Below are positions 26,444 to 41,600 of a stretch of DNA of 64,000 nt, piece after piece. The notes under the pieces are model-generated. The model made no database searches. It was not told the DNA's origin and worked only from the letters and a program-made list of their open reading frames with translations. A program made the position numbers and the translations under genes. Every line of letters starts with the position of its first letter. The first letter of the stretch is position 1. The stretch is from Mytilus californianus (taxonomy: Eukaryota): assembly GCF_021869535.1 (NCBI RefSeq), contig NW_026262678.1, positions 558,001 to 622,000 on the forward strand. Reading direction: 5' to 3'.

Positions 26444-28906
26444 ATATAGTTTGATTTTAATAGATATATAATAAAGTTCATATTCTTTAAAAGAATTATG
26501 CGATAAATATCTTCAAATGTGTAATCAGAAGGTATAAGAAAGTAAAAACCTGGTCATGAATTTTCAAATATACAGTTACATGTACATTTAGAAAGCTTTA
26601 TTCCGACTAGGCACAGCCTTTTGCACGTCTATTTGCAGTATTGTTTAACTTCATATTTGATTTTTCTCTGTTTGCTGTTCTGGATCATGTGTGAATGGTT
26701 TGTCTTAGGTAGACAAACGGCATATTTGTGCAATTCTAACCAATTATTGTTTGTGAGTTTAAGCAGAGATTGATCAATTTAAATGTTAATGAACGCGTCA
26801 TACCCGAACAAAACCAACACCTTAACAGTCGCAAAAAGTTCGTGATAAAAAAAAACAATTTTGTCTTACATATCCACTATTCTTATATAAACAGTTATAA
26901 AGAAATAGTATTAATTAATGGCAATGATACATGTATCCCCATGAGACCGAATAGTATGACAGGATGCATCCTGTGTATCTGCTTCTTCTTTCAGAGCACC
27001 AAAGAATTGTTTTCACTATGACCAACACGACGGGTGTCACTAGTTCAGCAGGATCTGCGTACACTACCAGGTCACATGCAATAACTTTCGCTTTAGTTCA
27101 TGTTGCTTAGTCCTTGGTTTTCTGTGTAGTGTTTTGGAAACTCTTATATCTTTTCTTACTCTTTTGTTGGTTTTTGCAATGCTATGTCATGTCCTATCGA
27201 CCTACATGTATGTGTTTGAATGTCCCCTTATATTACTATCTCTTTTTCTGCCTTCTACCTCGGTAAGAAAATTTCATAGGCGGACGCGGGTCTCGTTCAA
27301 TTTAAACTCCATATTACTGACATACATAATCTAAAAGTAGTTATTCAATACCTAATGATTGTTGGGACCCAGTGTCAAGGAGTCCATAACTTACCTCAGG
27401 ATCCTTTTTTGAAAATCACGATGCAGATTTAATTTTTTTCGAAAGAAGTGCATATATCAAATGTAAGCATGGTAATTACGCTGTATTCTAATTTGACTAA
27501 ATTTATGAAAACATAGATCAAGTTAAAAGTAGATAAAATTTATAAGAAGCAATCGTTTTCTAAATGCGCTAATTAACATCCACAGGACTATCACATATCA
27601 ATTGAACATGTTGAATGTGGGGCAAATGCTTTTTGTTCGTTTTGATTCAAAAATGCCATTAACAAGATGATTAGTTTTGAAGAGACGAGGTTCTAACGTA
27701 TAGAATTATTTGTACGGTATCTTTGATGATGTTTTTTGATGCCAAACCAGTTAATTTTAATAATCCTGTAGTTTTTTTTTTTTGATACGCATTTGCTTAA
27801 TTTTGTCGACAGCATTTATCATGACATTTTATATTATGAGTTTTGATATTTCTTGCGTATTATTTTATAAAGAAATAATGTTGACAACCCTTCCGGTAGG
27901 AATTGCATCAGTATTCACACATTAATTTAAAATTACTCAGTTAATTTAAACCTTTTCATAACTAGTTATCTGAGACCTGTTAACTAAATAATATTGTAAC
28001 ATTTTTTTGCTTTTGAATTTTCTTAGCTGACAACTATGCCTGAGGCATGCATAAATGAAGATGTTTACAATTTTGACACACACGATATAAGAATAAGGAG
28101 ATAAGTGGCTTGATTGCCTATTAGACAACTCATCATCGGAGTTTCATTGGCGTGGATATAAGCAATGATAGGTCGCCATACGTCCTTTAACAATTTGAAA
28201 GACCCACACGGTATAGTCAGATATAAAAAGTCCCGACATGAAAATTGTAAAAGAATTCAAACGAGAAAAATATACTCGGGACATGCACTTTAAGAATATG
28301 ACGTGGTTAAACATGTTTGTGGGCGCTCAACCCTCCACGTAATCCGTGACTGTGGTGTAACAGGACAACACAAGAACGAACTCTAAGTATCATTTAAAAA
28401 GTATGATAAAGATAATCAGAATTAAGACAGTTCTGAATCTTTCTGAAAACTATACAAGTTTTGTGCAAAAGCCGTTTCTTGAATATTTATAGACATATAT
28501 ATTGGATTTGTAATGTTATTCCTAGATAAACGGCTTCTTCATTATCATGAATTGAATACTTGGTATGTCTCCTGTTTCTAACTTACTTAACAAAGGATAA
28601 AATCAACTTATATCCTCTTTTTCAGTTAATACATGAAAATCTTCAAAAGATTCAAATATAATCGAATATATTAGTCTTGTTGAACTTGGCAGCATACCAT
28701 ATCAGGGTATTTGAAGGTCATTGTTATGTCCATTTCCGAAGAATATCAGAATTTAAACATGCAACGTAACAAAGATACTCTAATACATTCGAATTATTTT
28801 ACAAAAAATTATATATCAATATTTTAGAATTGCATTATATAATTATGTTATTAGGTAAAACTAGTTTTAATAGATGCATAATGTTGTTGTTAATTTTTTT
28901 CAACAG

Positions 28907-28997
28907 AGATCCATACAACTTCATTGCGCAGTTGAAAATGAACAAGAGCAAGGTAAATTTGTTATCTAGCGGAAGTTCAGCACGTCTACACATGAAT
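28907..28997 (+). other. Decayed 91-nt ankyrin-like exon and possible start-codon exon of gene 2 (ATG at 28938)
   Basis: Strong acceptor (tttttttcaacag) and donor GTGAGA. The first half reads RSIQLHCAVENEQ in one frame and the second half VNLLSSGSSARLHMN in another, 8 nt short of the 99-nt module. Confidence 0.5.
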
Positions 28998-29502
28998 GTG
29001 AGACTTTTAATTATATTAAAATAGTTGCCGAACAGATTATTCGTGTTATTGTTCGTACAATCAAATGAAATACAAACCAATGCCTATTAATGTATAAGTA
29101 CTACGGACATTAAAAAGTTAGTATTTTTTTAATCATGAAAATAGAAATAGATTCACTACTGTTTGTTTGTTTTTTTGTTTGTTTTTTTTTTTTTGTTTTT
29201 TTTTTTTGGAGGATTGGGGTGTTAACAAAATGATACAAAAACGCATTTTTATAAGCCATATCCCAAATGAATGAAATCAAATTTGTCATACTTCTATATA
29301 GAGATCATGACAACAACCGTGTTTCGAATTGACTACAGAACCAACATAATATTAATTTCATTATCATTTAAGAGCAATGAATTAAAATACCATTTCAGAA
29401 GAAAAGGACATTACCTATACAAAATATTGATTTGCAATCGGATTATTTTACATAAATGCCACTGACTATATATCTGTAATGGTAACATACAAATCTTTAC
29501 AG

Positions 29503-29601
29503 TCAGAACTTCAACTTCACCATGCAGTCAAGTTCGAATCGTTAGAAGCAGTTTCTGCATTTATTAACAGCGGATCAGAACTAAATAAAGCAGATATATA
29601 T
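29503..29601 (+). CDS. Gene 2 ankyrin exon 1 (99 nt)
   Basis: ttacag|SELQLHHAVKFESLEAVSAFINSGSELNKADIY|gtaagt. Confidence 0.75.
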
Positions 29602-32600
29602 GTAAGTATTGCAGACGGATAAAAACATCAATATTATAGTCTTAACATTACTAAATAGAAGTGGTTTATCGAATGATTACTTCTTTCAATTTTTTAACGA
29701 AAATTTAACACAACAAAGAAACCTAAAGACTATGGAACACGAACCCACTCAAAAAGTTGGATGAATCTCTGGTGGGACACCCGTTTGTGAATATATGAGA
29801 TGTATCTTCGTTAAAGTTCGACGGAATAGCTTATTTAGTTCATCATAGTCACAACATTTGAGTTATATAGTATGAGGACAACATCTATATTGCGGAACGT
29901 AAATTCAAATAACAATGGTAGTTTCTTTTAATTCGTCCTGTATAAAAGAGAGGCGAGAGATACCAAAGGGACATTCAAACTCATAAGTCGAAAATAAACT
30001 GACAACGTCATGGCTAAAAAAGAAAAAGACAAACAGACAAACAATAATACATAACACACAACAAGAACCCCACCAAAAACTGGGGTGATCTCAGGTGCTC
30101 CGGAAGGGTAAGTAGATCCTGCTCTGCATGTGGCACCATGCTAAAGTGTGCCAATACGAGTTTATACGTATCAAGTACATCCTTGGTCAAAGTTATATTA
30201 CATGTATATGTGTATTTTTATGTTTTAAACACTTCATTTAGTACTCAGAAAAAAAGAACACATGTTAAAGCTAAATACAATTTTTATATGATGACTACAC
30301 GACATTTAGTTCAATTGATGACCGACCTAATGGTTTTGAGATGATACACATTTTTTGTGAAGTTTGTGTTGCTAAGCATCTCGAGTAAAACTGTTAAACG
30401 TATGTAGTGTCGATTTTAGTCGTTCTTCCTTATAACTCTGTTCGAACAGTTTTTGTGGAGGATATATGAGATACAAACACAAATATTGAGTGGCAGGACA
30501 TCAGTAATATATCTGAACGTGATATGAAAGAGCTTTTACGACGTATTTTTGTTTTGTCTATTATGATATTTTGTTTGAATTCTGAGTTATATCAAGTGTT
30601 CACAATTAGTTCCTATTGGAATAAATAACAATAAAAAAAACTCAAAGAATATGTTCTTGATAAAAAAAATGCCCGTCATTGACGCATGAAATTTATAAAT
30701 AAAGGCAATAGTAGTACATGCATACCGCTGTTCAATAGTAGTATACCGCTGTTCAATAGTCATCAATCGATTTAACAGAAACAAATTCGAGTCACGAACC
30801 AAAACTGAGGGAAACACATCAACTATAGGAGGAAACAAAACAGAACAACAGAATCACCGAACTGCTACAAAAACAAACGCCAACATACATAGAAACGAAC
30901 TATGTGATATAACGAGTTGTTTTCATTTTTTTAATATATTTTTATGTATACTATCAAATGAAGAACAGTTTAAATATTTACTATGTCAACATCCGAGAAA
31001 AACTGCTAAATACCTATTGCAAGCTTTCTGTAAGAGAAAAAACTTTTTATATGAAAATTTTCGATAAAATTTATGTATTTTGTTCGTCATACCATTGACA
31101 TTAATGTTTAAAGTGACTTATAGACCCAAAGGGTCGGGTGTTCTAATTATTGTTTTTTTTTTTATTTCACTATATTATAGTTTGTGAAAAACACGTGTCA
31201 CTATAATAAATAATTTACTTACTTACTTACTTATAGCATTATCTTCTTCTCAAAGTTAGATTGTTCTCATCCCTCAAAATGTTTACGAATCCACATCTAT
31301 CACAAATATTTCTATCTATATTGTACTGTAAAAGTAAACCTTTAAAATAAAATCGGACACAAATGTTAACATGTCCCGTTTTCCTTCAGTTTCTATATAT
31401 TCTACACATCAGAATCATCGCAGGTTCGCATTACAATAAATCCTATTTTAGTATTAAATGGAGCAGATCCATTGGCCTAATTTGAAATAAATTCATACAA
31501 TGTCATATGATTTTTTTTCAAATAGGGATTAACACCGCTCCATTATGCAGTTATACATAAAAGAGGAAACATCACTTCTGAATTACTTATTAAAGGAGCA
31601 GATCCAAGTGTGGTTGATAAAAACGTGAGTAAAATGTTTTGCAAATATGTTAAAAAACTGTAAATACCAATAACGAAAATGATTAATGTAGTAGTACATG
31701 AAGGTACAATATTCTATTTAACATTGTCGTTTTTAACACAAAGAATGATATAATCGATATGTCTATTGATAGTCGATAAAATTCAGAATTTTAGTGTGTC
31801 TCAGTTATGTATTTAATGGTCCTTCCTTTCTTGGTGTCGTTTTGTTAATTTATAGTGTATTCCCCATTCATAACTTTGAGCATAATAGTTCCACTGAAAT
31901 GCACAAAACAAGTATGACAATATCTTGTATGAGGGAAAACGGCAATCAATTATAATAACTAATTCATAGAAAAAAAATAAAAAAAGACAATTCCGTTAAA
32001 ACTGATAAAACCAAACGCTCGACTATATCAACCAACTGAACAAAACGAAAATAACAGGCATATTTCTGACTCGAGACAGGTGCAAAATGGTAGGTTAAAC
32101 CCGGTTAATAGCTAACTAAACCTCCAATTTTCATGACAGTTTATTATAGTTCCTTTTCATTGACAAAAAAATATGAACAACTTTTTATTGCGCCCCTATG
32201 ATAGCAGACTTGTTCTTGTATTGTTAGATTCCATGTAAAATCCTTGATTCCTTGAATAAACTTACTTTTATTAACTAAAAGTACTCTCATAGCGATGTTT
32301 TCATGTTAGTTGGTTTTTTGTTTTGTGTCGTACCGATAGATGAAGTTTAGCCATTTGCAATTGATTTGGACCGTTTGTTGTTAAGCTGTGTTGTTACACC
32401 AGTGACCCGGATAAGGGGGAGAGGGTATGTTGAGCGCCCATGAACATGTTTAAACCCGCCACATTCTTTATGTGACTGTCCTAAGTCTGAAACATGTAAT
32501 TCAGTGTAGTCCTTAGTTTATGTATGTCGTATTTGTTTTCAGTATATTGAATGTTACAAATAAAGTCGTTAGTTTTCTCTTTTGAATTGTTTCACATTTT

Positions 32601-35600
32601 TCATATCGAGGCCTTTTAATGGTAACTATATGGAATTGTTTATAACTTCTTATTGCTTACATTCACGTTGCTAGATGGATGATTGTCTCTTTTGCAATCA
32701 AATTACATTTCCTTATTTTTATATTAAACGACATAATTGTTTGACGTGCTAATAATTGAGAACAATCAGCCAAAATAGTGAAAGCATCCATTATAGTTGT
32801 TTTACATAACTGAATGAAATAATAAATAAAACAATCAAAAATCAATAGTCAATGACTGCATATCAACCAAGGTCAACGTTTTACGTATACAACAGTTACA
32901 CTTTATTTTGTTTCTACTATTCCGGTTAAGCCTACCTTGCGTTAGTTTACCACTCGTTGCCTTTTCCTAATCGTGACATTTTGAAAAAAATTTGACTTTG
33001 ATTGGATAATGGATAGCAGAGTGTAAGAGCTCACATTATCTACTTCATAGTTTTTCTGTGTTTGTATTCGGATTTTAACAACTTTGGATTTCATTTATAC
33101 GTAGCCTTTGTAAACAGAAATGTGCGTACAGTACTACGTTATGTTTATAACTTGTCTTGTATTATGTATAGTCCTCAACATGATATCATGCTTGTACTGT
33201 TGTCTGATATCTCTCATGTTGTCAAATACAGAAAAGTGTCCATACGAACGAAATTTTCAGTGTGTTTTTTGTTCATTTCATCTACCCGTATCAAAATAAC
33301 TCTAAATTAATTTTTGAATAAATTTTAAATTTTTTACTATTTTGGCCTGGAGCATCACTGAAGAAACAGTAAGTGTTCGAATGCGCATCTGGTGCATTAC
33401 AATTGGTACTATTAATATTATTATACGTTTCACGAAATTAACTCTTATCTTTTGCAAAATCTATGTTTAACTTATTAAATCGACTTTTTAAAAAAAAAAG
33501 GTCTTTATATTGTATATAGTTAAAGTAAACGATCTTTTCTTGTTTGTTACTAGACATAGATATAAGAAGATGTGGTATGAAAGCCAATGAGACAACTCTC
33601 CATCCAAGTCACAATTTGTAAAAGTAAACCATTATGGATCAAAGTACGGCCTTCAACACGGAGCCTTAGTTCAAACCGAACAGCAAGCTATAAAGGGCCC
33701 CAAAAATGACTAGTGTACAACCATTCAAACAGGAAAACCAACATATATATATATGTACATGAGTAAATTTACTGTATCAGCATGATCAGGGGCAACACGA
33801 TATTAAGTGATATTTTCACAATACCATCTTTGTTAATGTCGAAAATGAAACTAAAACATTTTGATATAATAAATGATATAATTAGACTGAACAAACATCA
33901 GTAACCACAAGAGCTACACACCTGATATTTAATAAATAAGTTCAATCCTTTTCCTGGTCATCTAACCGATTTAAACACGTACTATCATCTTGCAAATACG
34001 GCATAATAAATTAACTATATCATACGAGGGGCCTTCTCAAAATAATTGAAATTGCATGGACAATTTATGAAACAAGTTAACACAGTGACTGACCAACATC
34101 TTAAGTAAAAATGGAGTCGTATAGGCCTAGTATATACCCACAGTGTCACTATCCACCAGTTTATAATATTGATATCATATTCTTTACAGGGACTAACGCC
34201 ACTCCACTATGCAGCTGAATATGGATCTCAACATATAGTGTCTGAATTAATTACCAAAGGATCAGGTTCAAACATAGCAGATAGCAAAGTTTGTATTTTT
34301 ACAAGATATTAATGATAGTTTTATATTTATCTTTGTTATACAGGCTAACAATATATGCTAAATGTATAACTATTAGATGGAATTTTATTATTTTACCATA
34401 CATTAGTGTCTTTGTAATAATATTCTTAGCAAACTTATTAATGGATGTATAATTATAACATGTATAACTTGACATGTTGTCAATTCTTTAGTTTATCTAT
34501 AGTCATGACAGTGACATCAAACATACAAGCGCACCTTTTCATTTAGATTAACAAAATTTAGGTTGGTATAAAGAAATAAAATTTAGAAAACTTTTATGAA
34601 AATTTATATAATAATAAAATATCAAATTTACAAAAAATAGAAAACTCCAACTTAATAAAAAGTTCAAAAGTAGCTTTGAAACATACCTACCTTCAAAACA
34701 CTTTGAATATGGACAAAAAATTTGTACATTTCGAAAAAGTGACCACAGTTTATTAATAGAAATCTAGTAGGTACAGGAAAATTCGTAGAGATTTAAGACT
34801 ATGTACACATTGAGATGTATTAGATGAATATTAGATGTAAGATGTATACGTATGTTTATTTTCATTGTTTGATAAAGAATTATATCATGTATGCAAATTG
34901 TGCGATACATATTACATATGGAGCTCGTAAAGCAATAGCGATTTTAGATATAAAAGAAAAAACAGCTGGCTTTGACAGATATTTATTAAATATGTAAGAT
35001 AGTGCCACTTAATACAAATGTTAAAATGCTGATTATGGTTCGTGTTGGTATGTTTCCCCGGGCAGTGTTATGAGAACAATAGGAAAGAACGAAGGGGTAA
35101 TTATGCTGTTGTTTTCTAAGATTCATAATTTGAATTGCCAAATTCGGTATGCCTTTACACATGCATTTATAATTGTTATAGATAAGTTTTTACAAAAATC
35201 AATATATTTTTACTTGAATTATTTGAAATTGATGTACAGAAATATGAATAAATTCTAAAAATAAAACATATCAATATTCGACACGAAACAAACACATAGT
35301 CTTTTCGAAATAGGGCCAGACACCACTTCACCTCGCAGCTATAAACACGAATGAAGACGTTTTGTTGGAATTATTAAACAGAGGATCAGATCCAGATGTG
35401 GTAGATAAAAAAGTGAGTTTATTAGTTTGACAAATACCTTTGCATCGTTATATCAAATGTTATTCTAATCGTTTGCACTACAAGCATGAGTGCTCAATAG
35501 TACATAGTTCGATGGTATTAGATTATATGTAAGATAACTTAGTTCGATGTGCAATTTAAAAGTATCCCATAGGCCATAGCCCTTTCAGAATCTCACCGCT

Positions 35601-38600
35601 GATCATGTATTTTGCCGGATAAATGACAGTCACGAATCTTTTAACCAATCGATTAATAAACGTATGAATAAATACCTCAAAATTATTCATAAGGACAAGC
35701 ACAATAATCCTCAACGATCTAAGTAAACGTACTTCTATAACAATATTGATCAACGAGAACTGTTGCCAAAAAAACCCCCAAAACAATGGACATTCTGACT
35801 AAGAGATTATATTCTAGGAATAAATGCGATATATCACATATGATATAATACAAGTACAAACGTATTACCTGAAAATATGTTACTTTTAAAGTGTGTTTAA
35901 TAAATACTCATCAAGGATACCGGTTAAGAATTTTGTACACCAGACGGTCGTTTCGTAAACGACACATTAGAAAATGAAATCATTACACTGTAACTGACTA
36001 TCAGTAATACAGAAAAAGGATGCCTAGAATTACCAAATGTAAACGGTAATAGAAACCATACCAACCAATCACATCCGAATAGTCCGAGAAAAATAGACAT
36101 GAAAACAGACATAACCACTGAAAGATACATAGCCAGACTTTGTAAATTACAATATTTGGTAATATTTAGCTAGTTTTACGTGTGCAAAAATCTCCCCGCT
36201 AGCTTATCGAACGCATTGTTATCAATAAATAACCTGTACTATGCAGCTATTACCACGATGACCACCAATTTACAAATGAACATGACAGTAAATAATGTAG
36301 AAAGTATGATCAAATGATTGTGCTGCCTACAAAAACAAGCCTTGGTAGCAAATGCTTGTTGTTGAATACTGTCGCACACAGGACCACTTGAACAAAACTC
36401 ATACACACATGTAATAAGTTTAATGAAGTATCATCATACAATTTTAAATATAACAAACAACATTTGTTATTAAATATCAATATTGATTATATCATTGGGG
36501 ACTAAACGCTACTTAAAGTTAATATGTCACAACTGGGTCAATATCCATAATGCGCCTCTTATTGAGGAAAACAAAAGTTGTGAGAAAACAAAAAAATCTC
36601 TGTGTAGTGATATTGGACATGTTTCAAATGTTAACAAGTTACTCAGCTTAATTATTTATGCTGATTTGAAGAGTCGAGGACCAAAGAAAAAATGTGTACA
36701 AACTATGGAGTCATTAAATGTATGAAAAGAACTAAATTTTCAAAGAACTTATTGTGTGAATAAGGGGATTTTTTACCTCTAGGAGGCGTGTCACGAAAGG
36801 GTTATCGGGGTGTGCTAAATTATTGAAAAATTAATCTCATTTCGTACCCCGAAAATTTAACCACATATTTGAAAATGTCTCAACTTCGAAACGAGCCATC
36901 ATACATATCCAAGTTTACGATATGAGCAGACGAATTGAGGAAAAGGCTACCATTACCGCCTACCTGAAATGTATTGCGCATCTGTGCCCAACTATTGCCA
37001 TTGATATCATATAATTAAGATCATATCTGAGTTTTAAAATATAATAGTGTAATGTTCAGGTTCCGTTGAGTTAAATAGGTGGCCTGATTTAAATGAAAAC
37101 GATGTAATTTTTAAATACTCTAATACTTTAAAAAAAAAAAAACAATTATATTATTTTGTGTCTATAAGCATCTTTATAACCTAAATGTTGTGCAAAATTA
37201 TACGTTGAAAAAAAGGTTTTCCTGAATAGAGAATGATGATAACGCTTTTTTAAATGTGCAACGATATAATTTTCAAATAAAACATGAAAAGATGGCTCTT
37301 ATATACATTCAAATCAAAGATAGAACATATTGGAAAATCGTGCTCGTTGTCTAATACATAACAAAATATGTATATTTACTATTCAAATCTATTTTGAAAT
37401 ACAATTATCTAAGAAATATACCTCTATATGATTAAGGTGCAAAAAGGACCAAAAAATATGCACTTATATAAAACAGTCAATATAATTTGATACTAAACAT
37501 CGTCTCATCATTCAAATGAGAAGTCTTTCCGGAGCACCTGATATCAACCCTGATTTGTGGTGGGGTTCTTTTTTCGTTTTTTTTCCATGTATTATTGTTT
37601 TGACCTGCTTGTTTTTTTCTTTTTTTTTTTTGCATTATCAGTTTCTCTTCGACTAAGGATTTTGAATTTTCTTTTTGTATCTTCCGCCTTTTTGTAAAAC
37701 TGAATTGCATTCCTGACTTTCAAATTTCATATTGCAATCTAGATATAGGTTGAGTGTGTTTTGTTCTTTGAGATTTCAAGATAGCAGATTACCCCAATAA
37801 ACCAATACGACATACAAATAAAGTATAGAATGCGAATTACCGATTAGTATATATTGTATCTACATCAGTTGTTTATATTGACTTATATGTTCAGTGTAAA
37901 TTTCTGTTTCTTTTTTATATTATGATTTTATTGTTACAGGGGAAAACACCATTGCATTACGCAGCTGAGTATGGACATACGCACATAGTTTCTGAATTAC
38001 TCAACCGAGGATCTGACCCAAATACTGCAGATAATAATGTGAGTATTTTAGTCTAGTAAAGTCAGATATGATGTGTAAAGCTTAAGTTTATCGTAAAAGC
38101 AACCAATATACATTTTATTGAACTTTCTCATATATTCTTTATATTTTTCTAGACCGCCTATTTCAAGTTTTATTCACCAATTTCGTATGACCTGGCAAGT
38201 GTTTTCCATAGATGAACTATACACATTTAACTTAAAGGCTTACACGTAGATAAACAATTGTAAATTGGAATGATCACAATGGTGAGATAAACAGTTTGAA
38301 AATTTGACTTTTAAGATTCATAAATGTTGGTATAACCAAAAACATAATATATGTCTAAACGCAGTATTCTTTTTCTATCATTCATTAGGTTCGCTATTCA
38401 AGTTAATTGACAGCATATCATGAGGAAGAGCATAAAAATCGGAATAACCGAACAATAAGACAAGCATACTACTAATATGCGTGAATGTAAAAAAGTTATA
38501 ATTTTTATCGAAAGATAAAGATGTGAATTGTTACTTATCAAAACCTAGCAGTTCGTTGTTTAAACATTTCTGCCACTTTGTCAAGGAATTCTATCTCAAT

Positions 38601-41600
38601 AAATTATATATATTTTTAGGGATCGACACCACTGCATGATGCTCTTAGTACAAAATCTGAGACGACAATTGCTGAATTGATTAATAGAGGATCAGATCCA
38701 AATAAGGCGGATAAAAGTGTGGGTATTATAATCAAATCTTTATATAAAACAGTGACTGGTACCTGTATACATTATTCTCATAAACGTAAATATTATACGG
38801 TTAAGTTCTTAACTTTTTTTTTATTTTTATATTTTGACAATCAAAGTCTTATCATCACGAGTTTTATTTCGTCAAATACTCCCCCAATTCCATTTCAAAA
38901 GTAAATAGTTCACACAATTGTTTACACAGCTATATGTTTACACGATCTTCAATATTATCACGTTATGAGATACATTACGAAATACGTTAAAATTCATAAA
39001 ACAAAGCCCTGGACACTTGATAAAATCAATCGTATCTTGACAAAAAGGGCCACCACAACATCTTATGCTTTATATATATTGATATGTTAAATTTCAGACT
39101 TCAAAGCAAAATAAAGCAGTAAATATAAGCTAAATAATCCAAACAAACCTTCTTCAAAAAATTTTAACACAAAACTCACGGCTTTGGAACAACTGAAGGG
39201 AAACCAAATTAAGATCGGATAAGTAAAACAGATAGTCCGACAATATATGTGACTGGGAAAATAGCAGCTATGTATGGCCTTCCAAAATTAGCACAACCAA
39301 ACTGCATAGCAAGTCATAAAAGGCCCGACATGATAAATGTAATAACGATTCAAACGAGAAAACTTACGACCTGATTCTTGTACGAAACAATACACGAAAA
39401 AAAGTTTAATATACAGCAACAAACGACAATCACTGGATCCTAATTTGGAAAAGGCACATACATAACGTTACGACATTAAAACATGTGAAGTGGCGAAACA
39501 GCACAATATAAGAACAAATTATATAAATCAGTTGAAAAGGGTTTAATATGCTATATACACTTATTGATTAGATGTTCAGAGCTTTAAATTTTCTCATCGA
39601 CAACATCTTTGTACGTAGCGGCGATACGGCTTTAATCGGTAGGTTAATTAAATAATCAATAATTTTCTAAATATACCGTCCACATTTACTCAAAGGAACT
39701 TACATTTTATTTTAAACAAATTGAATTAATCAAATATAAACAACTATAACAGTCATCCTTCATCAATTAAAATATTTCAGTTTTACACGAAAAACTATAA
39801 ACAAGAATGTACGACAGAGGGAAAGTAGTTTTTTCTTTGGACGATAATGTTCCTCTGGTCCTAGCTTACGATGTACCAAATCGTTCGTGTATGAATTGAC
39901 GTGTTGGATATCGTTTATCGTAATACATGTGTTACTGGTAAATTATCAAGTCAAGGACTTCGTTACGACAAATTACCTAAAACCTTTATCAAATTACTTC
40001 AAAGATACAAATATTTTGTTTGGAAATTTGACTGTAAAAACTTATTAAAAAAAAGATAGCACATCCTAATTGTTACGGTCACCGTGATGTTGTTTATTCA
40101 TCCCGTAAATTCACATACCATCTTGGTTAAACTTATCGACCCTTTAAATAAACTAATATTGAAAGGCAAGAAATTAAATACTGTAATTAGTTCTTTGATA
40201 AATGTTGTTTTTTTTTTATCGCTTATCGATTTTAATATCAAAAAATAACAGTGATATACCTATGAACCTTCACGGTCCTACATTTGGTCGATACTTATAT
40301 TTTGGCATTGTACAAGATCATGTTTTGGACGTCTTTTTACAAAATCCATTGTATGTTGGATGTTTACTGATGGATATTTTAGTCTTAGAAACATAACTTT
40401 TTATCAGTTGTTATTAGTTTTAAAAAAGATACGAAAGATACCAAAGGGATATTATAACTCATAAGTGGAAAACAAATTGCCAATGCTAAGGCAAAACACG
40501 AAAAACGACGAAAAGACAAACAACTATACACAAAACACAACAAAGCAAACTAAATACTGAGCACCTTCAACCCCACCAAAAAACCAAGGGTAATTACAGG
40601 GGCTTCAGATTGGTAGACAGATCTAGCACCACATGTTGCACCCGTCGTGTTGCTCATGAAGGTATTAACCCGATAAAAAGTCTTATTTATTGATTAACTT
40701 TCGAGGAAAGGAGGACTGGATTGTAATTACAACAATTTAAACTTTTTTTTTCAGTAATTGCGTGTACTATCATACATGTGCGTCTACTTTGTGTTTTAAG
40801 TGTTGTTGTTAGTTATTTCCGTGTCATAATAACATGGCCATAGGGATTATATCTTCCATTCGATGATTCTCAGTCTTACATTGAAAGAGAATTATTTTAT
40901 ACTGACGTCTGATGTTACTGTGGTATACTTAAAATAAGTTGTTACTGGATGTTTTGTTTGTAATCGAAATGATAGGAAGTTTAATGTTATCAGAATAAAG
41001 ATAAACATAATCAATACTCTTGTTAATATATTTAAAATGCCGTTTATGATGTTCAAGTAGATCTATACATTGGAACAGACGATGGTGAAAAAAGCAGTAA
41101 TTATACGCAAACATTCATTGCGTTGGCTGAAAACCGAAAATGTCGTGTATTTAACTAAGTGGTCATAAATCAAGTGCGCATAATAAATGATGCCTTCTAC
41201 TGTTTTATCTTTAAATATAGATAAGCAATCGTCAAGTCCATAACTGAGTCGATTTTTAATTTGTAGATTTTTATTGATAAGTTTGCCATAAGACCTGTGC
41301 TTACGTTTTTTATCAACACTATTCATGATATCAAATGATAAAGTCCGATTATATAGTCGTTAAGACCGTAGTGATATGCTTTTTTCATTTCTTGATCGTT
41401 TCCATTGTTGGGAATTTTATATCTTTAATATTTTGTTTTTCCAATACGTTGGTAAATCAAACTTTTATATTTATTTTTAAGAAAGTTCCGTTCATATTAC
41501 AAATTATAACCACAATTTCGCTTGATTCCAGTAATCATATCAATAAGGCTTTTAGTTTTTTTCAAGTAATGTCACAAGAAAAAGAGAGCGAAAAAGCTCT

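Noticed and set aside
31445-31480. attaaatggagcagatcca as a duplicated ankyrin exon remnant
   Set aside because: Only about 19 nt match the next exon, there is no donor, and an in-frame stop follows.
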